Source: Squalus acanthias
Lineage: Eukaryota
DNA: 64,000 nt
Direction of reading: 5' to 3'
Assembly: GCA_030390025.1 (NCBI GenBank)
Contig: CM059432.1
Span: 51,400,001 to 51,464,000, forward strand
Shown one piece after another: positions 24,634 through 37,162 of this stretch. The first letter of the stretch is position 1. Every line of letters starts with the position of its first letter. Under the pieces are notes generated by a model that searched no databases, was not told where the DNA came from, and was given only the letters and a program-made list of their open reading frames with translations. The translations under genes were made by a program, and so were the position numbers.

Positions 24634-25048
24634 TGTGGGCCAGCATTTATTGCCCATCCTTAGTTGCCCAGAGAAGGTGGTGGTTGATCTTCTTCTTGAG
24701 TCCATGTGGTGAAGGTGCTCCCACAATGCTGTTACAAAACTTTGTAGCAGTTTGCTAGGCCACTTCAGAGGGCAGTTGAGAGACAACCATATTGGTGTGG
24801 GACTGGAGTCACAGATAAGCCACACCAGGAAACATCGGCAGGTTTCCTCCCCTAAAGGAGATTAGTGAACCAGTTGGGTTTTTACATGGTCAATTTTACT
24901 GATACCAGCTTTTTATTTCCAGATTATTTGAAAACTGAATTGAATTTCTCAAACTGCCATGATGGGATATGAATTCACATTCTCTAGATTATTAGTACAG
25001 GTTTCTGGATTACTAGTCCAGTAATATAACCACTGCACTACTGTACCC
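24634..25048 (-). mobile_element. tRNA-derived SINE with a tail shared with the 49946-51345 LINE family
   Basis: Revcomp begins ggtacagtagtgcagtggttatattactggactagtaatccaga (tRNA-like head) and ends accaccaccttctctgggcaactaaggatgggcaataaatgctggcc, matching 51266-51312. Confidence 0.75.
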
Positions 25049-25069
25049 TGAATGCACATAAGAGTGCAG

Positions 25070-26971
25070 AATCCACATAAAGCACTATCAGGTCCTGCTC
25101 TCATCTGCCAAAACTGCTCACTATTCCAGCATCATCCTGGAATACAAAGGTAGCCCATGGCTTCTTTTCTCTACTGCAAACCGTCTTCTCAAATCCCTCT
25201 CCCCTGTCTCCTTCACCCTCATCTCCAATAACAAGTGCGAGGAGCTCATGGACTTCTTTGTCGCAAAGATTGAGACCATCCGTTCAGCTGCCTCTACCAC
25301 TTCCCTCCCTTCCCCATGCCAACTGGGCTAAACTTCCTCTCAGGTTCCCCCCTGCCCTAGCCCTGAACTCGCATCTTTCTCTAGTTTCTCTCCTATCTCC
25401 CATCATGCCCTCTCCGAGCTCATCTTGTCCATGAGATCCACCTCCTGCTCCCTTGATCATATTCCCACTAAACTGCTGACCACCAACTTTCCTTCCTGGT
25501 TCCCATGTTAGCTGATGTTGCTAACGGTTCTCTCTCCTCAGGTACTGTCCCCTTCTCCTTCAAATCTATGGAGTTAGGTGACAGATCAGCCATGATCTCA
25601 TTGAATGGCTGAAAGGGTCTAGGGGCTAAATGGCCTACACCTGTTCCTATAACGCTGCTCTCATCACCCCCTCCTCAGAAAAACAACCCTTGATTCCTCC
25701 ATCCTAGAAAACTACTGCCCCATCTCCAAACTCCCTTTCTCTCCAAAGTGCTTGAACGTGTTGTCGCCTCCCAAATCTGTGCCCATCCTTCCCAGAACTC
25801 CATGTTTGAATCCCTCCAATCGGGTTTCTGCCATTGCCACAGTACCGAAAAGGCTCTTATCAAAGTCACAAATGACATCCTTTGTGACTGCACCATTACA
25901 TCTGGAGTCCCCCAGGAATCTATCTTTGGCCCCCTCCTATTTCTCATCTACATGCTGCTCCTCGGCGACATCATCCGAAAACACAGCATCAGTTTCCACA
26001 TGTACGCTGGCGACACCCAGCTCTACCTCACCACCACCTCTCTCGACCCCCCCACTGTCTCTAAATTGTCAGACTGCTTGTCCGACAACCAGTACTGGAT
26101 GAGCAGAAATTTCCACCAACTAAATATTGGGAAGACCAAAGCCATTGTTTTCGGTCCCCGCCACAAACTCCGTTCCCTAGCCACCGACTCCATCCCGCTC
26201 CCTGGCAACTGTCTGAGGCTGAACCACACTGTTCACAACCTTGGTGTCATATATAACCCCGTGATGAGCTTCCGACCACATATCTACGCCATTAATAAGA
26301 CCGCCTATTTCCACATCCGTAACATCGTCTGACTCTGCCCCTGCCTCAGTTCATCTGCTGCTGAAACCCACATCCATTCCTTTGTTAACACTAGACTTGA
26401 CTATTCCAACACACTCTTGGCCGGCCTCCCACATTCAACCCTCCATAAACTTGAGGTGAGTCAAAACTCTGCTGCCTGTTTCCTAACTTGCACCAAGTCC
26501 CGTTCACCCATCACCCCTGTGCTTGCTGACCTACATTGGCTCCCGGTTAAGCAATGCCTCGGTTTTTAAATTTTCATCCTTGTTTTCAAATCCCTCCATG
26601 GCCTCGCCCCTCCCTATCTCTGTAATCTCCTCCAGCCCTACAACCCTTCGAGGTATCTGCACTGCTCCAATTCTGGCCTCTTGAGCATCCCTGATTTTAA
26701 TCACTCCACCATTGGTGGTTGTGCCTTCAGCTGCCTATGGCCTAAGCTCTGGAATTCCCTCCCTAAACCTCTCCACCTCTCTATCCCTCTCTCCTCCTTT
26801 AAGATGCTCTTTAAAATCTACCTCTTTGACCAAGCTTTTGATCATTTGCCCTAATATCTCTTTATGTGGCTCGGTGTCAAATTTTATTTGAAACCGCTCC
26901 TGTGAAGTGCCTTGGGACGTTTTACTACCTTAAAGGCACTATATAAATACAAGTTTTTTGTTGTTGTTGTT
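25070..26971 (+). mobile_element. L2 LINE, 5'-truncated, with an internal deletion and a small CR1-tail insertion (~25568-25650)
   Basis: ORF 25748..26332 (FESLQSGF..HSTEKALIKVTNDIL..SGVPQESIFGPLLF..HMYAGDTQLY); (GTT)n tail. Confidence 0.95.
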
Positions 26972-27019
26972 CAGGGATGGAGTATAACATGGGTAGATGT
27001 AGGTTAAAGGTGACAGGAA

Positions 27020-27580
27020 TAGAGAGAGACTTGGAAGTTGTCAATGACCCAAACATTCAAACACAGTGTCAGGTGGTTGTGGCCAATGGGAACAGGCCTC
27101 TGGACTGTATTGCATGGACTGTTCAGTATAAAACAATGGCCATGATAACAGGGTTATATCAGTCTTTAATGAGATCTCCTCCGGAGTTTTGTGTATTTTT
27201 TGGTGCCCCCACCTCAAGGAAGGCATTTTGGATCTGCAGAAGTGCAACAAGAAGGATCCCAGGTCTAAGTGCATTTAACTAAAGAAATAGGCTTAGTGCC
27301 ATGGGGTTGAATTTACTGGAGAGGCGTGGATTTTATTCAGGTCTTTAAAATTGTCAAGGGCATTTATAATATAGAGGTGGATAGATTGTTTGAAGTGATG
27401 GGGCTATGTAGAACTAAAGGCCATCTGTTTAAATTAAGGAAGCAAGGAATGAGGTTGGATTTGCAGAAGTTTTCTTTTTCACAGAGGGTAACCGCCTTTT
27501 GGAACAACATTCTGAAGGTGGCAATGAGGACTGACTTCTAGCAGTCCTTCCAAAATGTGTTGGATACATTTTAGGAAGAA
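27020..27580 (+). mobile_element. Old CR1-like LINE 3' fragment
   Basis: LYQSLMRSPPEFCVFF; DFIQVFKIVKG..RTKGHLFKL..FSQRVTAFWN. Confidence 0.8.
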
Positions 27581-29527
27581 CTGTAAGGTCACCACAGAGG
27601 GAAGATGAGATTTTGTGTAATAACCAATGAATAAAGGCCTCCTGGGGCTTGTCTGATTGCCTTTCAGAGCTTGGAGAGAATTTTTTGACAAGAGGTTTCC
27701 TGAATTGGCTACGTGTTTCTGTGTGTAGCTGCCTCTTAGAGGAGGTGGGGGTGTGGAGGGGGTGCGGGGGGAGATGGCGGTGGCAGGTGGCAGGCGGCGG
27801 GGGCGTGATCCTGAGTGTATGTGGTAGTGGAGCTGTATGCAGAGTTGCTCTGGGACATATTGAAAAGGGCTATAGACTGCTGGGCACTTTCCTGCTGCTG
27901 TCTTGATCAGTGATACTGCTTATTTCTGTCTTATTAAATATAATGATTGGAACAGAATGTTCTTCTTTTGGTAATGTTATTCTCACCTGAATGAGTACAA
28001 AAAGAAAGGAATACAAACACAATTTATATTTCAATAGATTATAAATTTTCAGATTTTAAATGATCTTCCGGGAGCTATGAAAGTTCACATTAAATGTTTA
28101 AAGCTCAAGTTTTCTTTTCAAGAGTTCTGAACCATCCATCCAATTCGTAATTTCATTGTCAATAAGATCTATGATATAAATATCAAAAATTATACCCACA
28201 CATGTGAAACAGTTAGCATCAGAATACAAGTTTGCAGCACTTATTTAAAGACATGTTTAAGATTGGTCTCACATGTTAGCATTGCATGTTGATTTAGCAA
28301 ATGTAATTACTGATGCAGCGGCTTACAAACATTCTCTGATTCACGCAAAAGTTCACATGCACGGTGCTCATGACAGATGGATCTTTCATGGTTTGGAAAA
28401 AACTGTTGTAACTCACCTGTGTATTAACGCAGATTTAGAAGAGGAGCAACCTCTTAAACCTGCTGTTGAACTAAAGTGATCTCAAAGGACTGTGATTCTG
28501 CATATTGTAGAAGCAATGTCACAAAGCTTGTATGCAGAACCAGTCTGATTTCCTGACTTCCAGTTAATTGAACTGCTGCATCTTCCAAACCTCGTTTGTG
28601 TCCTCTGGCCGACTAAACTGTTTAATTACTGACTTGTGGCTATGTGAACTTTCAATTATCTGAAATAATTTGTTGTTGGAGCCGTTTGATAATAGGAATA
28701 CTGTGTACTTATTCTAGCCTGTAGGTGTTATGTGCAGTAAAGGCCTGGTACACTGCCAGAAGCTAGTGCCCTGGATGGAGAAATGAAATAGTTGTTCATA
28801 TGCATTTTCTATTTTGTGCTACAAGAACTATTAAATTGAGATAACAATCCAGGAAGGCTAATGGTAACTATGCCCAATATGTGAAATTAGGGCTGTAAAA
28901 AGATGCCAGTTTTTCATAACAATAAGTAGGACACAAAAGTAAAATAGTAAACGCAAAAGGAGATGCAGACATGTAAAACACAAGGGGAACATTTTCTGAC
29001 TAGACCTATAGGAGCCTTGCTGCACATCCTTGGTAGGTGGAGGGCTGGGAAGAAGGAGGGGTCTGGTGAACATTGCCAGCACTTCTCAAGGCTGGCCCTT
29101 GAATTTACTCCACCTGCATATTGTTACCGCACAAATTGGAATGCTTCTTTACTGCAAGTGTTCTTTCAAATTGGTGGAATATAGGTACAAAGGAGGGAAA
29201 TGTGAGGGAGCACCAAGTCCTGCCCACTTACTGTTATTTAAATATGAAAAGGTGAGCAACTGGAGGCAGTGCGATCTGCCCACAACAGGACAGGAAGAAA
29301 ATGAGCAGAGCCATTTCTGGGAGCGGGGATTCCGTGAGAGGACGTCCTGCTCCATTTTCCTTCTGTATCTGCCCTGGGACTGCCTGAAAATGAACGGCAC
29401 GACGGAAGAAAATCCACCCTATCATTTCAGTTCTATTTACATGATATAGCATTTCTGTTTGAGTCATGCGATATGAGGCAAATGTTTCGAGTTAGTCCTC
29501 CTGGCATGGAGCTTCATTCGACAAAGG

Positions 29528-29663
29528 GGCAGAGTGAAGAATCTGGTGCAGAGGTCAGTGCAACCAATTCATGACCCTCCCAATTTTCCGATTTTAATGC
29601 CCATAAAAGTGAAAGGGCCATGAACTAACTGCGCTGACCAATGCGCTACATTTTCTGGTCTCT
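29528..29663. repeat. Degenerate hairpin, probable old MITE
   Basis: ggtcagtgcaaccaattcatgaccct pairs with agggccatgaactaactgcgctgacc. Confidence 0.55.
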
Positions 29664-31638
29664 CATCCCAGTGAGTGAGAATCCACAGCAGGAGCACTAA
29701 CTTGTAATCTTTACCCCCCATATCATGTGGTATCATATTTCAGTTTAAGGCATGTGGCAAACTTGTATTTCCTCTTCAATTTTGATCACCTCTGCTTTCA
29801 GATATCTTATTCCACTATTTTTTAAAATATATTCTGTATTTTGTTTTGAAGCTTTGTGATTTTAGTGATAAACTCACTGAGACTTGCACTGTATTTTCTA
29901 TTTTGTTCAATGCATTGTTATGGCATCAATTTAAGTCACATTAAAAACTGAAAACTTTCCATGATTGCACATTCTTAAACATGCTGTGCCTAATGTGCAT
30001 GTATGATAGTTAGATGGCTTGAAACTTTAATTTTCATACTTAAAGAAGGAATATGTGGTGTGAGTGCAGTGCTTTCCTCAGATCATCATTGTTTACACTG
30101 TTTTCCACTTGTTTACACCCATTTATACATTCCGGCATATGTTATTGAGATTGGCAGGAAATTTGGGTGTAAATGGACATCAGCAAAATGGGCACACAAA
30201 TGGGTCTAAATTCGGGTGTACCTAGGATCATCATCAGTAGTGGAATAAATTGCATTGCATCTCTAATCCCCTTTGTGCATCCTCTATGTATGTAAAGATG
30301 TGGAGAATTGGAAACATGCGTATCGGAGTACGGTAGATATGTTGGTCAAATTAAATATTGGTGACAGTCCATGATCAGTTGAATTATGTACTGGCAGGCT
30401 GAGAGTTTGGCAAGATACTCCAAAAGATCAATGTGCATCTGAGTGCTAAGTCAAGTCAGCCAATTTGGAATAACATGAAAAATATCACATGAATGACTTA
30501 AAAATGGCCAAATGTCATTACTGTACTGATTTGATCATGTGCCTTTGTTTTATTTACAGTCAAAATACGATAATATTTCCTCTTTGAGGATGGGATTTGA
30601 GGTAATTTATTTGTGTTTGTATGGGATGCCGGTGCTGTGCAATGGAACGTTTTTCCACTGTTTGAATTCATGGTCAGCATAAAACATACTCAGCGTTGCA
30701 TGGATCAGATGCAGGGTATGGCGCCCTTTACACTGACCAAGTCAGAAGGCTTAATCTCAGACTTGGAAATGCACCCCATACTATACCATTCTAACATCTT
30801 TGCCCTGTGGACTGGTTGAGAATTGCAAAGCTCATTTAGCAATAGGACAGAAAGGAGACTTTCATCTGATCAGTTTTGAATCTAAGATCCAGAGAAGCAG
30901 GGAAAATATTCCAACCCAATCCATGCAGTAATAATCATTCAAATATTATGTAATATGTACAGACAGTAGCAAAGAAAACTATTAGCTCTTTCAGGGAGTG
31001 TTACTGTGCCATCATTCTTCGGACAATTTGGCCCTTTCCAGATTGCCTGCAGTCTAGCCTCTGATGTGCCGAAACTACCTGCAAAGAGGAACCTCCTGTT
31101 GACCAGCCAGATGACCAAATAATACATCAAGCCCTGTGCCTTTTCTTTCTTTAGTCACTGCTGTGCCTTATGACCCGTTTTTCGCCTTTGCTTGATTGGC
31201 TGAAAAAAAATGCTGCCAGTAAAAAACTGTGTCCAGCTTGAGACAATTAGATATTTCATAGAATATAATATAGCTTTAGATTGTGATATGACTTTTGAAT
31301 ACAGCATTTGCTTCATATTAAAAAAAAGTATGTTCACCAGTAGCATACAGTAAAAATATCAATTTGAAATAGCATGGTGCTGGCAGTTTTGCCTGAATGC
31401 TTAGGGCACAGATTCAAAACCTCCACTTCATTCAGTTCCTAACCTGCTAAGGGCAGAGACTGCAATCTCCCTCCCTGGGAAGTATATGATGCCTCCCGGA
31501 AAACAACCAAAAGGGACATTGAGTGATATCTTGGTACCAGGTCCCTGCCCACTCTCTTGGCAGCAGAAGCGTGAGTCCAGGTTTACTGAAGAAATAAGTA
31601 GCTTACTGAGGGAAAATGATGTACAAGTTAAAGATATA

Positions 31639-32380
31639 GGCCTGGAGATTTCAGCGCAATTCGCCCCAAATCGTCCAAACCAGCGCAAAAGATCGTGGAA
31701 TTTCAAGCGCAAATTACGTCCAGCGCAGATCGAGTTTCCGCAATCTTTTACACTGGTTTAAAAAAAAAAATCACGCTGGAAGCTAGCCCTACCCACAAAT
31801 CTGGCCACAGCTCCAGATCAAATTAATCACCATTGCGAGTTTCCGCTAATTGCGCCCCTTTGCTGGCCTTTGAAGAGGCTCTTAAAAATTAAGCTTTTTT
31901 TTGGCGCAAGGGCACTAATAGCCACCTTTTAAAAGCTTTCAAAAATGTTTTTTAATTTCCTAAAAACTGACTAGTGTACACCAGTGAAACTAGTCAATAG
32001 TTCTGCATAGTTTTTTAAAGTCATTTTCAGTTATTTAAAATCGAGTTACTCACAGGTGGTTGACGAGACACTCTGATTAAATTTTTTTATTTTTTTGTGA
32101 TGAACCCATTTTCAGCTGCATTAATCAAACTGCACCAGGTTATCACTCTTAAATATATCAAGAAAATATTTTTTAACGCAAAGATTTTCACTTTTTTTAA
32201 ATTACATTCTAAAACGCTGCCCAATTACACTGGTTCATGGAAGATTTTAACGATTGCCGATAGGCAAATGAGTTTTAGCGGAAAATTGGAGCAAAATAAT
32301 TCACTTTGCAAAACTAGCGTAATTCTGAGCGCAATTTGCGCCCGGATCGCCAATTGCGCCCTGAGCGGAAACTTTTGGCC
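31639..32380. mobile_element. MITE-like non-autonomous DNA transposon with CpG-rich subterminal repeats
   Basis: Degenerate inverted ends ggcctggagatttc / gaaacttttggcc; repeated gcgcaa/ttgcgc motifs at both ends; AT-rich centre. Confidence 0.65.
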
Positions 32381-33831
32381 ATTATTATGATACCAATAAC
32401 AAAATAATTTTAATATATTGGGTGGGTGATTTATTCAGGCATTTGAAAGAGGTGCACCTGTAAAAATATCAGCTGGGCTGCTCCTATTCTATGCCTAAAG
32501 TCTGATTATCTCTGACTTTCTGTAATTTGCTGATACCTATTATCCATTATTTTGTATCTAATGCTGTCACAGAATATCCTATATGGTTGATCTGGCCTGC
32601 TGCGGCTCCTCAGAGGTAAGCATCTCACTCTTCAAAAGAGCCGCAGCAATATGCTAACCTTGAGCCCAAGAGATGGAATTTACTCACCCAAGATGAGCTG
32701 ATGTGACTGCAAGGCTCATCTCCTTGCATAATGGAGCCAGTGCTTTATGGTGTTTGAGGTAAGAGGATATCTTTAACCATGGATATCAAAGGGTTCCATT
32801 CTTTTATGGATCATATTTATCCCAGTAAGTGCCCATTCTCTGGAAATGATCAACGCAAGATAGTATGGCACATTATTACTGTAAGTAGACCCTGACTGTG
32901 CACTAGTGAGAAGTGCAGTCAATTTACCACAACAGATAGAATGACTATGATGGTATTTCTGTAAAAGTCACTGATAGTCCTGCTGTGCTTATTCTACCAG
33001 TCCTAGATATATCTCCCCTGCATGCTGTAATAACATTGGTTTTGTGATCGCTATGCATTACCCTAGTGTTATTATGCATGCAACAGAATGTAAACTACCC
33101 TTTAAACCATAAGCTGAATAACTTTTCTTCATAATTTCAAAAAATTAATTAAATTTAGTGGCTAAAGAGGACATCAATTTACTCAGGTCTTGAAACTAGA
33201 GTGTGAGAACATTAGTGTTTGAATGTTTAAGGCTTAAAATAATGGGTTAATACCTCCATTAAAATAGGAAACAATGGAATTTTATGCAAATACATTAATT
33301 GCTGTATGCTAATTATCACACAGCACAATTTCAGTGCCTAAGTATATATTACATAAGTTGTCATGTCCAACAATTAAACTTGTCTCTCGTATGAAATTTT
33401 CTGCGGCAATATTTGCAGATTTACTACCATAATGTCCCAGGCTGTCTGTGTTTGAGGGTCTGTAACCGAGACTGGTACCCACTGTAAGAACTATAAAACT
33501 GGCCGTGCAGCACCCAATTTTCAGGTGCTAACTGGCCTACTAAGCCCTCAATAGGGTGGGTTGGATACGCATGCACATTTCCGACCTAATGAGCATCGCC
33601 TGCCAAATTGGGAAAGGAGGTCACGCTGGCGGCAGGAGTGCACGCTGACACCATTGAAAGTCAATAATTTATGTAAATTAGGGTCCTGTGCTTCTTGCAG
33701 GACCCATTGTAGATTTTCAATTGCTCCAGCGCTTCACTTGCCACATACTGAACTTGCACAGCATAACGTGGCTCTAATCGGCAGAAGGGCCCCCTCACCA
33801 GCACTACTTAATCATGCAGTACTTACAGGTT

Positions 33832-34418
33832 CCATAGAATCATAGAAATTTATGGCACAGAAGGAGGCCATTCGGCCCATCTTGTCCGTGCCAGCCGACA
33901 AAGAGCTATTCACCCTAATCCAACTTTCCAGCTCTTGGTCCATAGCCTTGTAGGTTATGGCACTTCAAGTGCATATCCAAGTACTTTTTAAATGTGATGA
34001 GGGTCTCTGCCTCTGCCACCCTTTCAGGCAGTGAGTTCCAGACCCCCACCACCCTCTGGGTGAAAACATTTCTCCTCAACTCCCCTCTAAACCTCTGACC
34101 AATTACTTTAAATCCATGCCCCCTGGTTATTGGCCCTTCTGCTAAGGGAAATATGTCCTTTCTATCCACTCTATCTAGGCTCCTCATAATTTTATACACC
34201 TCAATTAGGTCTCCCCTCAGCCTCCTCTGTTCCAAAGAAAACAACCCCAGCCTATTCAATCTTTCCACATAGCTAAAATTCCCCAGCCCAGGTAACATCC
34301 TCGTAAATCTCCTCTGTACCTTCTCTAGTGCAATCACATCCTTCCTGTAATGTGGTGACCAGAACTGCACACAATATTCTAGCTGCGGCCTAACAAGTGT
34401 TTTATACAGTTCAAGCAT
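33832..34418 (-). mobile_element. CR1 LINE 3' fragment
   Basis: ORF 33915..34418 (LYKTLVRPQLEYCVQFWSPHY..); tail catagaatcatagaa. Confidence 0.96.
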
Positions 34419-34571
34419 AAGTCGGTGGTTTATTATTTCAGGCTGCTGTTTGACTTCTCGGCTTTTTTGATGTGTTGTATCACTCTGAAAAGTTCACTTT
34501 GTGTAAACAGAGAGAGGTTTTGCTGGTCTTGCATTGTTGTTCTTTGCCTCAGAAATAGTCTGGCTGCAGTC

Positions 34572-35663
34572 ATGGGTGGTCTCATTGTGCTGGAGGATGA
34601 GGAAGCGAAATAAAGAAGACACCACAGAGAAGGAGAAGCTGTTAGAAGAGGGAGGAGGAGGAGGGCACTGAGCAGGAGACCGTGTCCATAGAGAGTCCTC
34701 AGGGAGTACCACTCCTACATCAACTTTAGTCAGGAGCAATGTATGAGGTGCCCTCGTTTCACCAAGGAGGCTGTCATCGAGATATGTCACCTGCTGCAGC
34801 CACAACTCAAACCCCAAACCAGGGCATGGACAGCACTACCTGTGGCTGTCAAGGTTATTGTTGCTCTCAACTTTTATGCCACGGGCTCCTTTCAGGCTGC
34901 AACAGGTGACATCAGTAACATCTCCCAGTTCGCAGTGCACTGATGTATCTGGGAGGTCACCGAGACTCTACGCCAGGAGAAGCACCTACACTCCTTCCCT
35001 ATTGACAGAGGGAAGCAGGACAAGCGAGCACTAGGCTTCACCCACATTCAGGCTTTCCCAAGGTGCCATAGACTGCACACGTATTGCCTTGCATGCTCCC
35101 TATTATCAGCCTGGCACTTGTACAGAATTTGTACATTCTGTGCCCGATATCCTGGCAACAGTCATGACTCTTTCATCCCGCGCCAATCCTCTGTGCTGCC
35201 TTTATTCCAACCTTGCTGCCAAGTAACAGGCTGGCTATTGAGCAACAAGGGCTATCCCCTCCGGATATGGCTCATGACTTTGTCAGGAAGCCGTGCACAG
35301 CTGCAGAGCATGTCTACAATGAGAGCCATACTGCCACAAGGACCATTGTTGAGCAAACAACCGTCATGCTCAAGTAATGCTTCCTCTGCCTGGACCATTC
35401 CAAAGGAGCTTTGCAGTACACCCTGAGTGGGTATCCAGATTTGTTATCATTTGCTGTATGCTACACAACTTTGCTATCCTGAGGAACCAGCCTTTACCAC
35501 CACCTGGGCAGCAACAAATGCAGAGGAGGAGCAGGAGGCAGAGGAAGTGGAGGAAAAAGAGAAAGAGGAGGAGGAGAAAGAAAAGCGTGTGAAGCAGCGA
35601 CCACCAGAGCCCCTACCTGCCCACGCTCAGAGAGATCAACTCATCAAGGAGCGCTTCACCTAA
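34572..35663 (+). pseudogene. Harbinger (HARBI1-like) DDE transposase pseudogene
   Basis: RFTKEAVIEICHLLQPQL..LPVAVKVIVALNFYATGSFQ..GDISNISQFAVH; AIDCT; ARYPGNSHDSFI; GWLLSNKGYPL; IVEQT; CCMLHNFAI; acidic C-terminus. Multiple stops and frameshifts. Confidence 0.92.
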
Positions 35664-36185
35664 ATCAGCCCTCCAATTTCCCATTCATCAACAGTCCCAC
35701 AATCCTTACAACTTTCCTTACAACCAGCATCCGATTTCCTTCCTTCACTCCAGACTTAAGGGTGTTGCCGTCACTTCACTACAAAGACAAACGCCAACAC
35801 CAAATCCAGAAGAAAAACCAAGTTTATCAAACAAATATTGTCAAATCATGTCAGCATCGACAAAAAATGAACTAATCACCTTCATGCAAGCCCTTAGTGC
35901 CTGTCTTATGTATTCATTTTCCCATCCTCGTGCTCCTACAAAGTGTTTCCCGAGTGGCTAAAGCTTAGGAGGTGGAAGGCTGCTGATCTTCCATTGAGGA
36001 TACTTCAAATGGCCTTGGAGGACAACCTCGAGCAGCTCTGGGCCTCGAGTGCCGCCCTCCCCCTGCAGACTGCAGCATCTCCACGTGGGCTGCAGCAGTC
36101 TGGGCTGGTTAGCTGAGTGCCACGATCAGGAGCACTGGCAGAGTGTCTGGAGGGGGAGCAGGCATGCTGTCATTCTGAGAGAGTT

Positions 36186-36870
36186 AGTTAACACAGAAAG
36201 TTAACATGCAGGTGCAGCAAGCAATTAGGAAGGCAAATGGTACTTGGCCTTTATTGCAAGGGGGTTGGAGTACAAGAGTAAAGATGTCTTGCTGCAATTG
36301 TACAGGGCTTTGGTGAGGCCACACCTGGAGTACTGTGTACAGTTTTGATCTCCATACCTAAGGAAGGATATACTTGCAACGAAGGTTCACTAGATTGATT
36401 CCTGGGATAAGAGGGTTGCTATATGAGGAGAGGTTTAGTAGATTGGGCCTATACTCTCTGGAGTTTAGAAGAATGAGAGGTGATCTCATTGAAACATGTA
36501 AGATTCTGAGGGGGATTGACAGGCTAGATGCGGAGAGGTTGTTTCCCCTGGCTGGAGAGTCTAGAACCAGGGGTCACAGTCTCAGAATAAGGGGTCGGCC
36601 ATTTAGGACTGAGATGAGGAGAAATTTCTTTGCTCAGAGGGTTGTGAATCTTTGGAATTCTCTACCTCAGAGGGCTGTGGAGGCTCAGTCATTAAGTATA
36701 TTCAAGGCTGAGATCGATTTTTGGACTCTAAGGGAATCAAGGGATATGGGGATCAGGCGGGAAAGTGGAGATGAGGTAGAAGATCAGCCATGATCTTATT
36801 GAATGGTGGAGCAGGTTCAAAGGGCCAAATGGCCTACTCCTGCTCCTAATTCTTATGTTCTTGTGTTCTA
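36186..36870 (+). mobile_element. CR1 LINE 3' fragment
   Basis: ORF 36374..36793; tail ttcttatgttcttgtgttct. Confidence 0.95.
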
Positions 36871-37162
36871 AGCAGGTGCCTCTCCCATTGATCCAAGGTC
36901 ACTCTACTGGGACTGCGCCTCAGCACTCCTACATTTCTGCATGAGAACAGAGTGCAGGAGTGATGTGACGTAGTGGAAGCCCCTGTCAACACTCGACCCT
37001 AGAGCCACAATGGTAGCCATCTGAGCTGTCAGCAAAGATGCCATCATTATGGGCGCCACAGTCGTGTTCATGGAGCTGACGATGTTGTACAGAATGGTCT
37101 ACAAGCTCTGCGTGAAACCACGACACAATTTGGAGCTGGACTTCTCCTTGCTCTGAGCCATT

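Noticed and set aside
29149..29467. Overlapping ORFs in a small CpG-containing unique patch with an acceptor-like ttcattttcag on the minus strand
   Set aside because: No recognisable protein and no convincing matching donor; unsupported as an exon.
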